Shown: positions 8,178-17,461, counted from the stretch's first letter. The stretch: 64,000 nt of DNA from Thermomicrobiales bacterium (GCA_042408955.1 JBHOQQ010000046.1:725-64724), one strand, 5' to 3'. Numbers and translations: made by a program. The notes: generated by a model not told the origin, from the letters alone.

Positions 8178-9743
8178 TTAGCCAGCGCTTACCACTCCAG
8201 GCTCCCCTATCTGCTGCAGGTGTGCCACGATTTCGTCCACTTGCTCATGCGCCATGATCGCGACGACATCTCCGGGCCTTGCCATGTCGAGCGCGCGCAT
8301 CAGCGCGGGTAGCTCCATCGGCTCGACCGCGTACGGCTCCGCGCCAGCCGAACGCACTCCCTGAAGGTAAAGCTCGATCAATTCCTGAGGTTGGCGCCCA
8401 CGCAAATACTTTTTCGTGCCTTTCACGATCACCACGTCACTGCGCTCGGCGGCAATGCGTCCGATCGCCCTGAGCGATGCATCAGTCCGGTCGCCAGCGG
8501 TGCCGATGATAGTGATGAGGCGGCCGTTCGGGCGGACAATCGTCCGCGCAAAGTCAATGAGGGAGGAAAGGCCAGCCTCGTTATGTGCAAAGTCAACGAT
8601 GACGGTCACATCACCGGCGCGAAACACGTTGAGACGGCCGAGATTCTGATCGGTCGAATTGCGAAACGAACTGAGACCGCGCCGGACCGTGGCGCTGTCT
8701 AAGCCAATGGCGATGCAGGCTGCCGCGCCGCACAGGGCATTCTCCACCATCGGGCGAGCGCGTCCGCCAAACGTGATCGGGATATCCGTGACCGGCATCA
8801 AAATGGTGCGTGTGTCGCCATGGAGCAGCACAAGGTCGCCACCGGACACCACCAGCGCGTGCCCCCCGCCCGCAACATGAGCCGCAATGGCCGGATTCCC
8901 GGCATCCTGTGAGACGAGAAAGGGCCGTGCCCGGATCACATCCCGTTGCGCAAGCACAAGCGGATCGTCGGCGTTCAGCACCGCGAACCCCTCGGGGCGC
9001 GTGACGCGCACGACCACCGATTTTACCCGCGCCAACCCTTCGACCGTATGCACACCGAGATGACCAAGGTGATCGCCGCTGACGTTCGTAAACACGCTCA
9101 CGTCGTTACTCTCGTAGGCAAGGCCGCGCAACAAGATTCCTCCGCGGGCCGTTTCGAGAACTGCAAGGTCGAGACCAGGCTCCGTGAGGACGCGCCGGGC
9201 TCCGGACGGACCGGAATAGTCACCCTGGAGCACTTCGGCCCCGTCAATATAGACGCCGGTGGACGAGCACCAACCCACTCGCCAGCCCCCGATCCGGGCA
9301 ATGTGCGCAATGAGGCGCGTGGTGGTCGTTTTGCCATTGGTGCCTGTGACGGCAATGGCGCGAGTCTGCCGCTCGGCGTCCCGGACCAGGAGCGGAGCGT
9401 CGTCAGGCTCATACCTGGCACAGAGGTCCCGCAGCCGTGCAGCAACATTGTCGAGATTCAGACTCTCACCCGTCACGATGCGCGCGGCCGCCTCTGCAAT
9501 GCTCAGGGCCAGCCGGCGGCGCTGCCAGCTAAACGCCAGCACCGCATGCTCTGGCGTCTCAATGGGAACGGTGATCACGTCCGGAATCGCCGTGCCTGCT
9601 TGCCGATGCAGATCGCAAATGATTGGCTCGATCGCCTTGACGGTCTCAATAGTCGCGCCGTCCAACGCAAGCTCAATCTTGATCGCGGGCTTGAGGAGAA
9701 ACACATTCGGTCCGTCTAGATCCCGGATCTCCACCAGCCGCAT
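8178..9743 (-). CDS. Mur-ligase-type amide ligase resembling the N and M domains of cyanophycin synthetase (no ATP-grasp domain)
   Basis: The N-terminus MRLVEIRDLDGPNVF resembles the CphA N-domain. It is followed by AVTGTNGKTTTTRLIAHI (Mur ligase P-loop), LETARGGILLRGL, NVSGDHLG, AVLNADDP and DFAHNEAG, which by my reading are collinear with the CphA M domain. AGGAG lies 7 nt upstream of ATG 9743. Confidence 0.8.
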   Translation of the reverse strand: MRLVEIRDLDGPNVFLLKPAIKIELALDGATIETVKAIEPIICDLHRQAGTAIPDVITVPIETPEHAVLAFSWQRRRLALSIAEAAARIVTGESLNLDNVAARLRDLCARYEPDDAPLLVRDAERQTRAIAVTGTNGKTTTTRLIAHIARIGGWRVGWCSSTGVYIDGAEVLQGDYSGPSGARRVLTEPGLDLAVLETARGGILLRGLAYESNDVSVFTNVSGDHLGHLGVHTVEGLARVKSVVVRVTRPEGFAVLNADDPLVLAQRDVIRARPFLVSQDAGNPAIAAHVAGGGHALVVSGGDLVLLHGDTRTILMPVTDIPITFGGRARPMVENALCGAAACIAIGLDSATVRRGLSSFRNSTDQNLGRLNVFRAGDVTVIVDFAHNEAGLSSLIDFARTIVRPNGRLITIIGTAGDRTDASLRAIGRIAAERSDVVIVKGTKKYLRGRQPQELIELYLQGVRSAGAEPYAVEPMELPALMRALDMARPGDVVAIMAHEQVDEIVAHLQQIGEPGVVSAG

Positions 9744-9854
9744 CGGCTCACTCCTGCTCGCCGGCCCGCAGTTGCTCCGGTGCGTGAGGCGTGCGTTGCA
9801 CGGTTCGCACCGGCGTATCGTCTCACGGCTGCAAAGGTACCACCATCCACGTGG

Positions 9855-10814
9855 TTATGACCCGATGAGCACCGAAATCGTGTTGAAGACCGCGTGCGTG
9901 ATGATGGCTGCCGTCGTGCCATAACGTTTGCGCTCTAAGCCAAGAGCCAGACCAACCAGGAACACGCCAAGCAACACGAACGACACTCCGTACTGGTTAT
10001 GAAGGAGCGCAAACAGCAATGCACTTATGAACAGCCCGAATTTTGGCTGAATGGCTCCTCGCACCAGTAGCTCCTCGCTGGCTCCGGCTCCGAGTCCGAA
10101 GAGGATCGCGCCAATCGGGCTTTTCACATTCGTGGTGATCTCTTCAGTCGCCTTTGCAATCTCTCGTGAGACATTCGGCTGAAAGATATCGGTCAGAATG
10201 CCAGCGATCATCAAAATGAGCAAAACAACGATCACCATGCCGATGCCAACGCCGATGACTCGAGGCGTCGGCAAGGTAAGCCCCAGGCGTACCGCGGCCT
10301 CACGCAGATTGCGCTTGATGCCGGTGCCGACGGCGATAAAAGCGAGGACAATTCCCGCGATAAACTGCACAGCAAGATCGGAAACTGAGACGGCTTCGCT
10401 GATGTCCGCCGGATTCGGATTGATGATGTACGAGGTAATGAGAAAGCCCAGGACGGCAAACAGGACACACATGCCCGTCATATCAACAGCAGCGGTGGGC
10501 TCAATCGGCATCACACTCGCCAGGAGGCGACGCACCGAAGGGATGAGGGGCAAGATCATGCCGAGTCCGACCGAGAGCCACACCCAGCCAGTCTCGCGGG
10601 CATTGACGGCTTGGGCGAGACCGTAAATTGCCACGAAGGTGCCCGGAAGGCCAAACAGGATGTAAAGCCCCACCCTGGCCGAGCGGTCGTGCTCCGCGCG
10701 GTTGGCCCAGTAGACTAAGCCGTAGGCCGCGGCAATGATGATCGCCAGGCTCAGTAGCGCCCAAATCGCCTCCAATGCCCTCTGCCCGTCCTCTCCATCA
10801 TCTGGGGACCCCAA
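9855..10814 (-). CDS. CPBP family intramembrane glutamic endopeptidase (CAAX protease-like)
   Basis: C-terminal motifs GASEELLVRG, FALLHNQY and ITHAVFN, with multiple TM helices. The stop is firm; the start is uncertain (TTG candidates at 10814 and 10775). The track start 11219 is antisense to parB and looks non-coding. Confidence 0.7.
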   Translation of the reverse strand: MGSPDDGEDGQRALEAIWALLSLAIIIAAAYGLVYWANRAEHDRSARVGLYILFGLPGTFVAIYGLAQAVNARETGWVWLSVGLGMILPLIPSVRRLLASVMPIEPTAAVDMTGMCVLFAVLGFLITSYIINPNPADISEAVSVSDLAVQFIAGIVLAFIAVGTGIKRNLREAAVRLGLTLPTPRVIGVGIGMVIVVLLILMIAGILTDIFQPNVSREIAKATEEITTNVKSPIGAILFGLGAGASEELLVRGAIQPKFGLFISALLFALLHNQYGVSFVLLGVFLVGLALGLERKRYGTTAAIITHAVFNTISVLIGS

Positions 10815-10989
10815 GCGATCTTTGATCGTCTGGGCGCCCGATCCCGGTGCCTTGCGATTCGTGACGGCAGCCGGGCCACACGAAATGGCCGCCCGGAACC
10901 AGGCGGCTGTGGGAAGTATACGCTCCTCTCCTCCCCCTCGGGGGCTTACCGAACGGAAGGCACGCTCGATTGCGGCAAGGTGGTAGACT

Positions 10990-11985
10990 GTGGTAACCGC
11001 GAACAGTTGCGGCACGCTGGGAAGGGAACCAGGAGTGGCTCTGCACGAACCACACGCGATCGCTCCCGATCTACGAACGGATCCCTTCGACGCGCCGGAG
11101 CAGGCGAGCCGAGCCCGGACGCGCAAAGGTGGTTTGGGCCGCGGGCTTGGAGCACTGATTCCCGCGGCGCCAACTGATGAGCCTGGCCCCGCTTCCCTCG
11201 AAGTCGATATTAATGCCATTTCCCCGAATCCCTATCAGCCGCGAACAGGACTCGATCAGGCGAAGCTCCAGCAGCTCGCGGAGTCCATCCGGCTGCATGG
11301 CGTCATTCAGCCCCTCGTCGTGCGACGGGCCGCGGAGCGAGATCGCTACGAGCTGATTGCCGGGGAGCGGCGCTGGCGCGCGGCGCGTTTGGCGGGCCTC
11401 ACCACGGTCCCCGTCGTAGTCAAGGAAGCAGCGCCACAGGCGATGCTAGAAATGGCGCTTGTTGAGAACGTGGTTCGCGCCGATCTTACTCCGCTCGAAG
11501 AGGCGCTGGCTTACCGGCAGCTCATCGAAGAGTTTGGGCTGACGCAAGCGAGCGTGGCTGAGCGGGTCGGGCGCTCGCGTGTCAGTGTGACCAATACGCT
11601 GCGCCTGCTGACCGCACCAGAGCCGGTCCAAGCTGCTCTCCAAGCAGGGCAAATCACTGAGGGGCACGCGCGTGCCCTCCTTGGCTTGCCAACCGGCGCC
11701 GATCAGGTCGCAATGCTGGAACTGATCCTCGAAAAGGGGTGGAACGTCCGGCAGACGGAGGAAGCGGTTCGCCGGTGGGTTGCAAACGCCCAGACACGCT
11801 CTACCGAGCGCCCACCAGATCCCCAGGTCCTTGCCCTGGAGGAGCGATTCCAGAGAGCACTTGGCACGCGGGTGGCCTTGCGGCGCGGACCCCGCGGCGC
11901 CGGTGGAACGCTCACGATCCATTTCTCGTCCGAGGAAGAGCTCAACGCCCTCTACGAGCGCATCGTTGGGGAAGACCTTTTCTAA
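10990..11985 (+). CDS. parB: ParB/Spo0J family partition protein
   Basis: Contains GLGRGLGALIP, ISPNPYQPR, GVIQPLVVRR, YELIAGERRWRAARLAGL and an HTH region. GTG 10990 has AAGGTGG 6 nt upstream. Confidence 0.85.
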   Translation: MVTANSCGTLGREPGVALHEPHAIAPDLRTDPFDAPEQASRARTRKGGLGRGLGALIPAAPTDEPGPASLEVDINAISPNPYQPRTGLDQAKLQQLAESIRLHGVIQPLVVRRAAERDRYELIAGERRWRAARLAGLTTVPVVVKEAAPQAMLEMALVENVVRADLTPLEEALAYRQLIEEFGLTQASVAERVGRSRVSVTNTLRLLTAPEPVQAALQAGQITEGHARALLGLPTGADQVAMLELILEKGWNVRQTEEAVRRWVANAQTRSTERPPDPQVLALEERFQRALGTRVALRRGPRGAGGTLTIHFSSEEELNALYERIVGEDLF

Positions 11986-12094
11986 GGTTTCACTATTGAT
12001 GCACTGGCGGGCAAGGCGGCACTGTTCGCACGGACCTAGCGTCCGCTCGCTCTGGCCGCCAGGCCGGCTGACACCCTCTGCTCTGCCCCGCGGA

Positions 12095-12814
12095 TCAGCA
12101 CGAAGTGCTGCCAAGCTCGGTGCGGGTGATTTCGCCGCTCCGCGCATCTACCTCGACGCGCAGTCCCGCTCGGCCTGGCGTGCGATCGTCGTCGTAGGTG
12201 ACGACCCACCGAGGCGCGGCCGCGGTCGCATCGGCCGCGAGACTCAGGCGCATGAGGTGCCGGAACTGTGGACACGCGAGGCGGTAATCAGCGCCACCGG
12301 TCAACTCCGCTGCATAGAGTGCCACCACCGAGGAGACCGGATAGCTGGGCAGATCGAGCCGGCGCTCAGGCGGCTTGGTCCACGGCGTGATGTCGGTCGC
12401 CAGCACGACGCCGCTGGCCCGGTCAACCATCAGGCTTAGCACAGCCCCGCGATCACCAAAATCTTCCCGCGGAGCGGCAAAGAGGTAGATCATCCAGCCG
12501 CCGGCCGGCAGGTCCGGTGTCTTCGCCTGGTCAGGATCGGCCGGCCAGTCAATCTGCGCCTGCACATTGAACAGCCAAGCCCCAGGGTTCCATTGATGAG
12601 CGCGGGCCAGTGCCGCTGGAAAGCCTTCCTCCACCGTGAGCGGTGTGCCGGGCGCGCGATCGGGGCCGAGCCGAACCAAGGTCGGCCCTGCATCACCGTC
12701 GCGATCGCGTTGCCAGAGCCAGGCACCACTCAGCAGCAGTGCGACCTGAATCAGCACAATGAGCGCGAGCTTCGCTCGGATACGTGGATCGGCGGCACCC
12801 ACAGGCAGAATCAT
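12095..12814 (-). CDS. Membrane-anchored hypothetical protein (one N-terminal TM; extracytoplasmic repeats loosely PepSY-like)
   Basis: Internal ATG 12814 overlaps the stop of the upstream gene (ATGA). The TM helix is LALIVLIQVALLLSGAWLW. The upstream 140 aa of the track ORF overlaps the better ORF 12811..13140 in another frame. Confidence 0.6.
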   Translation of the reverse strand: MILPVGAADPRIRAKLALIVLIQVALLLSGAWLWQRDRDGDAGPTLVRLGPDRAPGTPLTVEEGFPAALARAHQWNPGAWLFNVQAQIDWPADPDQAKTPDLPAGGWMIYLFAAPREDFGDRGAVLSLMVDRASGVVLATDITPWTKPPERRLDLPSYPVSSVVALYAAELTGGADYRLACPQFRHLMRLSLAADATAAAPRWVVTYDDDRTPGRAGLRVEVDARSGEITRTELGSTSC

Positions 12815-13140
12815 GAGGTGGCATGACTCGGTGTCAGATTCCGCACCGCGTAAGCAGGCGAGCGCGCGGGAGTCCCCGGTTCCCAAGTCGGCCAGACATC
12901 CACACCAATCGTTTCCCAGCCCTCCTCGGCAAGCTCCACCCCGATGGTCTCCTGGGCATACTGGTCCGCGTGCCAGATAAGATCTTCGGGACTGACCACC
13001 GGCCGCAGTATTGGCACAATTTCTTGCCGTACAGTTCGCACTCCCTCGCGCGTTTCGAGCGTCACGGTCAGGCGCAGACGCACCGGTTCCGTCGAATCCT
13101 CCGCTGGCACCACGAACGCTTCGACGCGGCCGAATCTCAT
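12811..13140 (-). CDS. Hypothetical soluble protein, 109 aa
   Basis: Balanced, acidic composition (MRFGRVEAFVVPAEDSTEPVRLRLTVTLETREG...). ATGA overlaps at both ends (13137-13140 and 12811-12814) indicate translational coupling. Confidence 0.6.
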   Translation of the reverse strand: MRFGRVEAFVVPAEDSTEPVRLRLTVTLETREGVRTVRQEIVPILRPVVSPEDLIWHADQYAQETIGVELAEEGWETIGVDVWPTWEPGTPARSPAYAVRNLTPSHATS

Positions 13141-14393
13141 TGCTCAATCTCCATCGCCGGCACCGCTGGCCCGGCCTGGGTCGCTGGCTGCTCTGCGCTG
13201 TCGCTTGGGCGGTGGTGCACATCGCCCCGGCCAAACGCTCGGCGCGGGATTGTCAGCGCCAGGAGCGCGGCGCTGACGCTGAGGACGCCGAGGCACATGA
13301 GCGCCTGGCCGATGCCAACTCGGTCAGCGAGAGCGCCGGTCATCGGCACTCCCAGCCCGCCCGTGACGAAACCCAACCCGAGAATAATGCCTGACGCTAT
13401 ACCGGGTCTGCCTGGCAGGAGCCGCTGCGCCGCAACGAGCGTTACCGAGAGGCTAGCATCTGAGAAAAAGCCGAACACCGCCCCGGTCAGTAACGCGATG
13501 GTCCCAGGGAAGCCCGCGAACAGAAGGAGGGCGGGAGCACACGCCGCAAGGGTTGACGCGATGACCGCCTTTCCCCCGATGCGATCGGCCAGTGCCCCAC
13601 CGGTTAGCGTTCCCGCGACACCCGCGAGGATGATGATCGTCGACAGCGCACCGTAAAACGCCCGGTCGTAGCCAAGCTCGTCGTACCAAACGGGCACGAA
13701 CTGGAGCATGGAGAGAAAGACCCATGAGCGAAGCATGACTACGACGATTACGCGCGCCAGGTCAGTCCAGTGCGTGGCTGACAGATTGCTTTCTTCGTGC
13801 TGCCGGTGCCGCTGGCGTTGCCGGTCCACCTGAAGCATCGAGCGGTACAGCAGCCAGGCGATCAACACGCCCGGTACGAGAAACACTGGGGTGCCGCGCA
13901 TGCCAAGTGCCGCCAGCACCCCAACAGTTATCAATGGTCCGAGCGCGTAGCCGGTCGTTCCTCCGACGGTGAACAGCGAGGCAGCGGTGTTGCGCTGCCG
14001 CTCACTCGCAAGCGCCACCGCGCCGGTCACAGCGACCGGGTGAAACGCGGCAGAGCCGAGACCCGCCAGGGCCGCAACGGCGAGGAACGCCGCGTAGCTG
14101 GGCGCATATCCCCACAGCGCGACAAAGCTAGCCATCCACACGAGCGCGGCAGGGGCAAACCAGCGCCGCGCCGTGCGGTCGATGATTCCGCCGAAAACCG
14201 GTTGTGCGAGCGATCCCGCGGCGGTGAAGACGAGCGTGACGAGCCCAACCTGTGCGTTGTCGAGATGAAAGCGCTGCTTCAAAAGCGGATAAAAGATCGG
14301 CAATGAGCCCGCCATCATGTCATTGGTGAAATGACCAGCCATCAACGCCAGGAGTGCACGATTTCTCAAGAGCGACGGCAAACGCGCCCTCAC
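13137..14393 (-). CDS. MFS transporter (Fsr/fosmidomycin-resistance-like subfamily)
   Basis: 418 aa with about 12 TM segments. The N-terminus LALMAGHFTNDMMAGSLPIFYPLLKQRFHL..VGLV..AGSLAQPVFGGIIDR is typical of Fsr-like MFS proteins. Confidence 0.85.
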   Translation of the reverse strand: MRARLPSLLRNRALLALMAGHFTNDMMAGSLPIFYPLLKQRFHLDNAQVGLVTLVFTAAGSLAQPVFGGIIDRTARRWFAPAALVWMASFVALWGYAPSYAAFLAVAALAGLGSAAFHPVAVTGAVALASERQRNTAASLFTVGGTTGYALGPLITVGVLAALGMRGTPVFLVPGVLIAWLLYRSMLQVDRQRQRHRQHEESNLSATHWTDLARVIVVVMLRSWVFLSMLQFVPVWYDELGYDRAFYGALSTIIILAGVAGTLTGGALADRIGGKAVIASTLAACAPALLLFAGFPGTIALLTGAVFGFFSDASLSVTLVAAQRLLPGRPGIASGIILGLGFVTGGLGVPMTGALADRVGIGQALMCLGVLSVSAALLALTIPRRAFGRGDVHHRPSDSAEQPATQAGPAVPAMEIEQ

Positions 14394-14642
14394 CGATGAT
14401 CCTCTCCGTCAGACGCCGGAAACACGTCCGTGTTAGCGCGGCCGCAGCCACGCACCATCCTCATGAACCTCCATTCGCCGCCGGAAGGCGCGCGGCGACA
14501 TCCCCGACACCGCGCGGCGTATACTTTGCGTGTGGGCCATGTATCGCTCAGCATCTGGCATCGCCAGCATCCCGGGCGATTATGTCCCCAGAGCAGTATT
14601 GTCGTGCATTCGCAAAGATTGAGGATGAGGAGTTTATCAGCA

Positions 14643-15759
14643 ATGCAGGAAGACGTCGCTAAGCAGTTGCGCAGCCTCCGGGACCGCCTCGAGCAAATCG
14701 GGGTGCGTCTTTGACTTCGCTAGCGATCTCCGCGAAATCGAGGAACTCGAGCGGCAGAGCGGTGAACCTGGGTTCTGGGAGGACATGGACCGGGCCCAGA
14801 GTGTTATGCGCCGCCTTGGAGAGCTGAAAAGCCGCGTCGAAGCATGGCAGTCGCTGAAAACGGCCACGGACGACCTCCTCGCGCTCACTGAGCTTACGGA
14901 CGAGGATGACGCGCTTTTCGACGATATCACCCAGGAAACGGGCAAGCTCTCCCGCCAGGTCGATGACCTAGAGCTTCAGTTGGCGCTGAACGGCCCCTAC
15001 GACGACCGGAACGCGATCCTCGTTGTCCACTCCAGCGAGGGTGGGGTTGATGCTCAGGATTTCGCGGCGATGCTGGCGCGGATGTATCTGCGATGGGCGG
15101 AGCGCCGCGGCTTTAAGGCCGAGCTGATGGATCAGACAGAAGGCGAGGAAGCCGGAATTAAGAACGCGACGATCGAGATTCGCGGTCCTTATGCCTACGG
15201 CTATGTCAAATCAGAGGCAGGATCGCATCGTCTCGTGCGGCTTTCGCCGTTTGATGCCAACCATCGGCGGCACACGTCGTTCGCGCTCGTCGAGGTCTTG
15301 CCCGAGATCGAGACGGACACGGAAATTGACCTCGATCCCGACGATGTCCGGGTGGATACGTACCGGTCGTCCGGTGCCGGGGGCCAGCACGTCAACAAGA
15401 CGAGCTCAGCAGTCCGCCTGACGCACATCCCGACGGGCATCGTCGTCACCTGCCAAAACGAGCGGAGCCAGATTCAGAACCGGGAGACGGCTTGGAAAAT
15501 CTTGCGCGCCCGCTTGCTGGAGCGCAAGCTCAAGGAAGAGGCCGAGAACCTTGCCCGGCTCAAAGGTGAGCACACCGGCGCGGGATTCGGTGGCAACCGC
15601 ATCCGGTCGTATGTGCTTCATCCGTACACGCTTGTGACGGATCACCGTACGGATACCAGCGTCGGGGACGCCCAAGCGGTGCTCGCGGGCGACATCGACC
15701 CGTTCATCAATGCCTACCTGTATCAGCAGCTCGGCGCCAGGAGCGGGGCGGCGGTATGA
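14643..15759 (+). CDS. prfB: Peptide chain release factor 2, join(14643..14711,14713..15759) via programmed +1 frameshift
   Basis: Frame 0 reads MQEDVAKQLRSLRDRLEQIGVRL and ends at CTT TGA C (14709-14715). The +1 frame continues DFASDLREIEELERQSGEPGFWEDMDRAQ... with the SPF motif (RLSPFD) and the GGQ motif (SGAGGQHVNKT). GAGGAG RBS lies upstream of 14643. Confidence 0.92.
14700..14715 (+). promoter_or_regulatory. RF2 autoregulatory +1 frameshift site
   Basis: GGGGTG (SD-like), CGT spacer, then CTT TGA C. This has the same architecture as the classical prfB site AGGGGG-TAT-CTT-TGA-C. Confidence 0.9.
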
Positions 15760-17111
15760 GCGGCACACTGCGCCATACCGCCCGCCGTTTCATCATCAGC
15801 CTAACGACGCTTTGCCTAGCACTCCTGGTGATCGGGACCGCCCCCTCCCGAGTCCAGGCGGCTGACCCGATCACCATCCAGCTCAACGATGCGACGGCAT
15901 CTTTTCCGGAGGGGATAACCTTCACCTTGGAGGCAAGCAGTCAACGTAGCATCACCAAGGTTGAGTTGCTCTACAGCGTTGCCGACGACCCGACGCTGAA
16001 TCTGCTCGTTCCCAGCTTCACTCCGGCAAAGCGCATCGAAATCCACCACCTGCTTGATTTGCAGGTGTATTACCTTCCGCCGGGTCTCGACCTGACCTAC
16101 CAGTGGCGCCTCGTCGATGACCGTGGCCGCGAGGTGGCGACGGAGTTCCGGACGCTCCTGTGGGAGGACACGCGCTTCGATTGGCAACCCCTTGCGTCCG
16201 CTGATGTCACCGTCTATGCATACACGGGGAACGAGGCGTTCAACCGCCTCATCCTCGACGCCGCCCAATCTGCGGTTGACCAGCTCAAGACCGAGTATGG
16301 GCTGAGCAACGTCACACCGATTCGCATCTGGGTCTACAACTCTCGCGACGATTTCAATGCCACCAAGCAGGCGAACGAGAAGCACTGGGCGGTCGGAACG
16401 GCATATTCGGATTACCACCTCATCTTGGCCACTATACCTGAAGGCAGTAAGAACGAGATTGGCCGGGTTATCCCGCATGAGATCAGTCACCAGCTCCTAA
16501 GCCAAGCCACCAAGAACCCGTTCAACGCGCCACCTCTCTGGCTCGATGAGGGGCTTGCCGTTCGGGCCCAGACTGTTGGGAATGAGGACGACTTCAACCA
16601 GGTGAAAGACGCGGCCGCGAAGGGCCAACTATACTCCGTGCGAGCACTGATCTCCGAATTCCCGACCACCGGTCCCTATCACCTCGCCTATGCGGAGAGC
16701 CACAGCATCGTGAACTTTGTCATCGAGCACTTCGGCTTGGAGAAGTTGCAAGCGCTGATCGCGGTCTATCGCGAAGGGGTATCACACGATGAGGCGCTTA
16801 TGCGCACCCTCAGTGTCGACACCGCGGGGCTGGATCAGCTCTGGAAGGCGAGCTTGAACTATCAGGGCGATCATCCAGACGGGGTTGGCGCCACCGCCGG
16901 CCACCAGTCACCCGCCTCAGAGCTCGGCGCGGCCGTGCTTGTTGCCGCGCTAGTCTGCGCGCTGATCGCCGCGGTGCTCCGCCGGCCGCGTGCGCGCCCG
17001 CACAGCCGCTTCATTGCGATGCCGCCTACGTGGCACCGGCGTGCCGCAGCGCCGTCTGGTCGCAATCGTGCTAGACTGGCCCGCGTGCGGACCAGCCGAG
17101 CTGGTTCCTGA
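15756..17111 (+). CDS. Secreted/membrane-anchored zinc metallopeptidase, peptidase MA-like (HExxH)
   Basis: N-terminal signal/TM LTTLCLALLVIGTAPSRVQA, motif VIPHEISHQL...LWLDEGLAV, and a C-terminal TM AAVLVAALVCALIAAVL. The ATG overlaps the prfB stop (ATGA at 15756-15759). Confidence 0.7.
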   Translation: MSGTLRHTARRFIISLTTLCLALLVIGTAPSRVQAADPITIQLNDATASFPEGITFTLEASSQRSITKVELLYSVADDPTLNLLVPSFTPAKRIEIHHLLDLQVYYLPPGLDLTYQWRLVDDRGREVATEFRTLLWEDTRFDWQPLASADVTVYAYTGNEAFNRLILDAAQSAVDQLKTEYGLSNVTPIRIWVYNSRDDFNATKQANEKHWAVGTAYSDYHLILATIPEGSKNEIGRVIPHEISHQLLSQATKNPFNAPPLWLDEGLAVRAQTVGNEDDFNQVKDAAAKGQLYSVRALISEFPTTGPYHLAYAESHSIVNFVIEHFGLEKLQALIAVYREGVSHDEALMRTLSVDTAGLDQLWKASLNYQGDHPDGVGATAGHQSPASELGAAVLVAALVCALIAAVLRRPRARPHSRFIAMPPTWHRRAAAPSGRNRARLARVRTSRAGS

Positions 17112-17140
17112 CCGATGCTTGGCAACGTATAGGGAGCCTT

Positions 17141-17461
17141 ATGGAAACAGCATTCCGCCGGGCACGCATTCTCGATCCGGCGGCTATCGAGCGTAAGCTC
17201 GCGCTGAACACGTATAACGTTGACCGGGGCCGGGCACATATTCGCATCATTGACCGCGATGTCTGTCTCCGATGCGCCCGGCAGCAGTGCATCAATTGCT
17301 GTCCGGCCAATTGCTACACGCCACAGGATGACGGGCGCGTCCTCTTCTCGTATGAGGGATGCGTCGAGTGCGGCACCTGCCGTATCGTCTGCTACGAATT
17401 CCAGAACATTGAGTGGACGTATCCGCGCGGCGGCTACGGCATCCAGTACCGGCACGGCTAA
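17141..17461 (+). CDS. fixX: FixX-like ferredoxin-like protein
   Basis: 106 aa: ...HIRIIDRDVCLRCARQQCINCCPANCY...YEGCVECGTCRIVC...WTYPRGGYGIQYRHG. Size and Cys pattern match FixX-type proteins associated with ETF-QO. Confidence 0.7.
   Translation: METAFRRARILDPAAIERKLALNTYNVDRGRAHIRIIDRDVCLRCARQQCINCCPANCYTPQDDGRVLFSYEGCVECGTCRIVCYEFQNIEWTYPRGGYGIQYRHG

Noticed and set aside
8946-9924. Plus-strand ORFs (257 aa and 221 aa) opposite the Mur-type ligase
   Set aside because: Shadow ORFs. The minus-strand frame carries the P-loop and all Mur-ligase motifs.
10815-11219. N-terminal 135 aa of the CPBP track ORF
   Set aside because: It runs antisense through the parB start region and has non-coding-like composition. 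It would force a 230-bp overlap of divergent genes.
11985-12000. parS site after parB
   Set aside because: Only the half-site GTTTCAC matches and the second arm is unrelated. Other CACGTG-containing sites in the window (for example near 61276 and 47965) also fail the flanks.
12815-13234. N-terminal 140 aa of the 379-aa track ORF 12095..13234
   Set aside because: Cys/Arg/Gly-rich junk overlapping the better 109-aa ORF (12811..13140), which is ATGA-coupled at both ends. The real start was taken at 12814.
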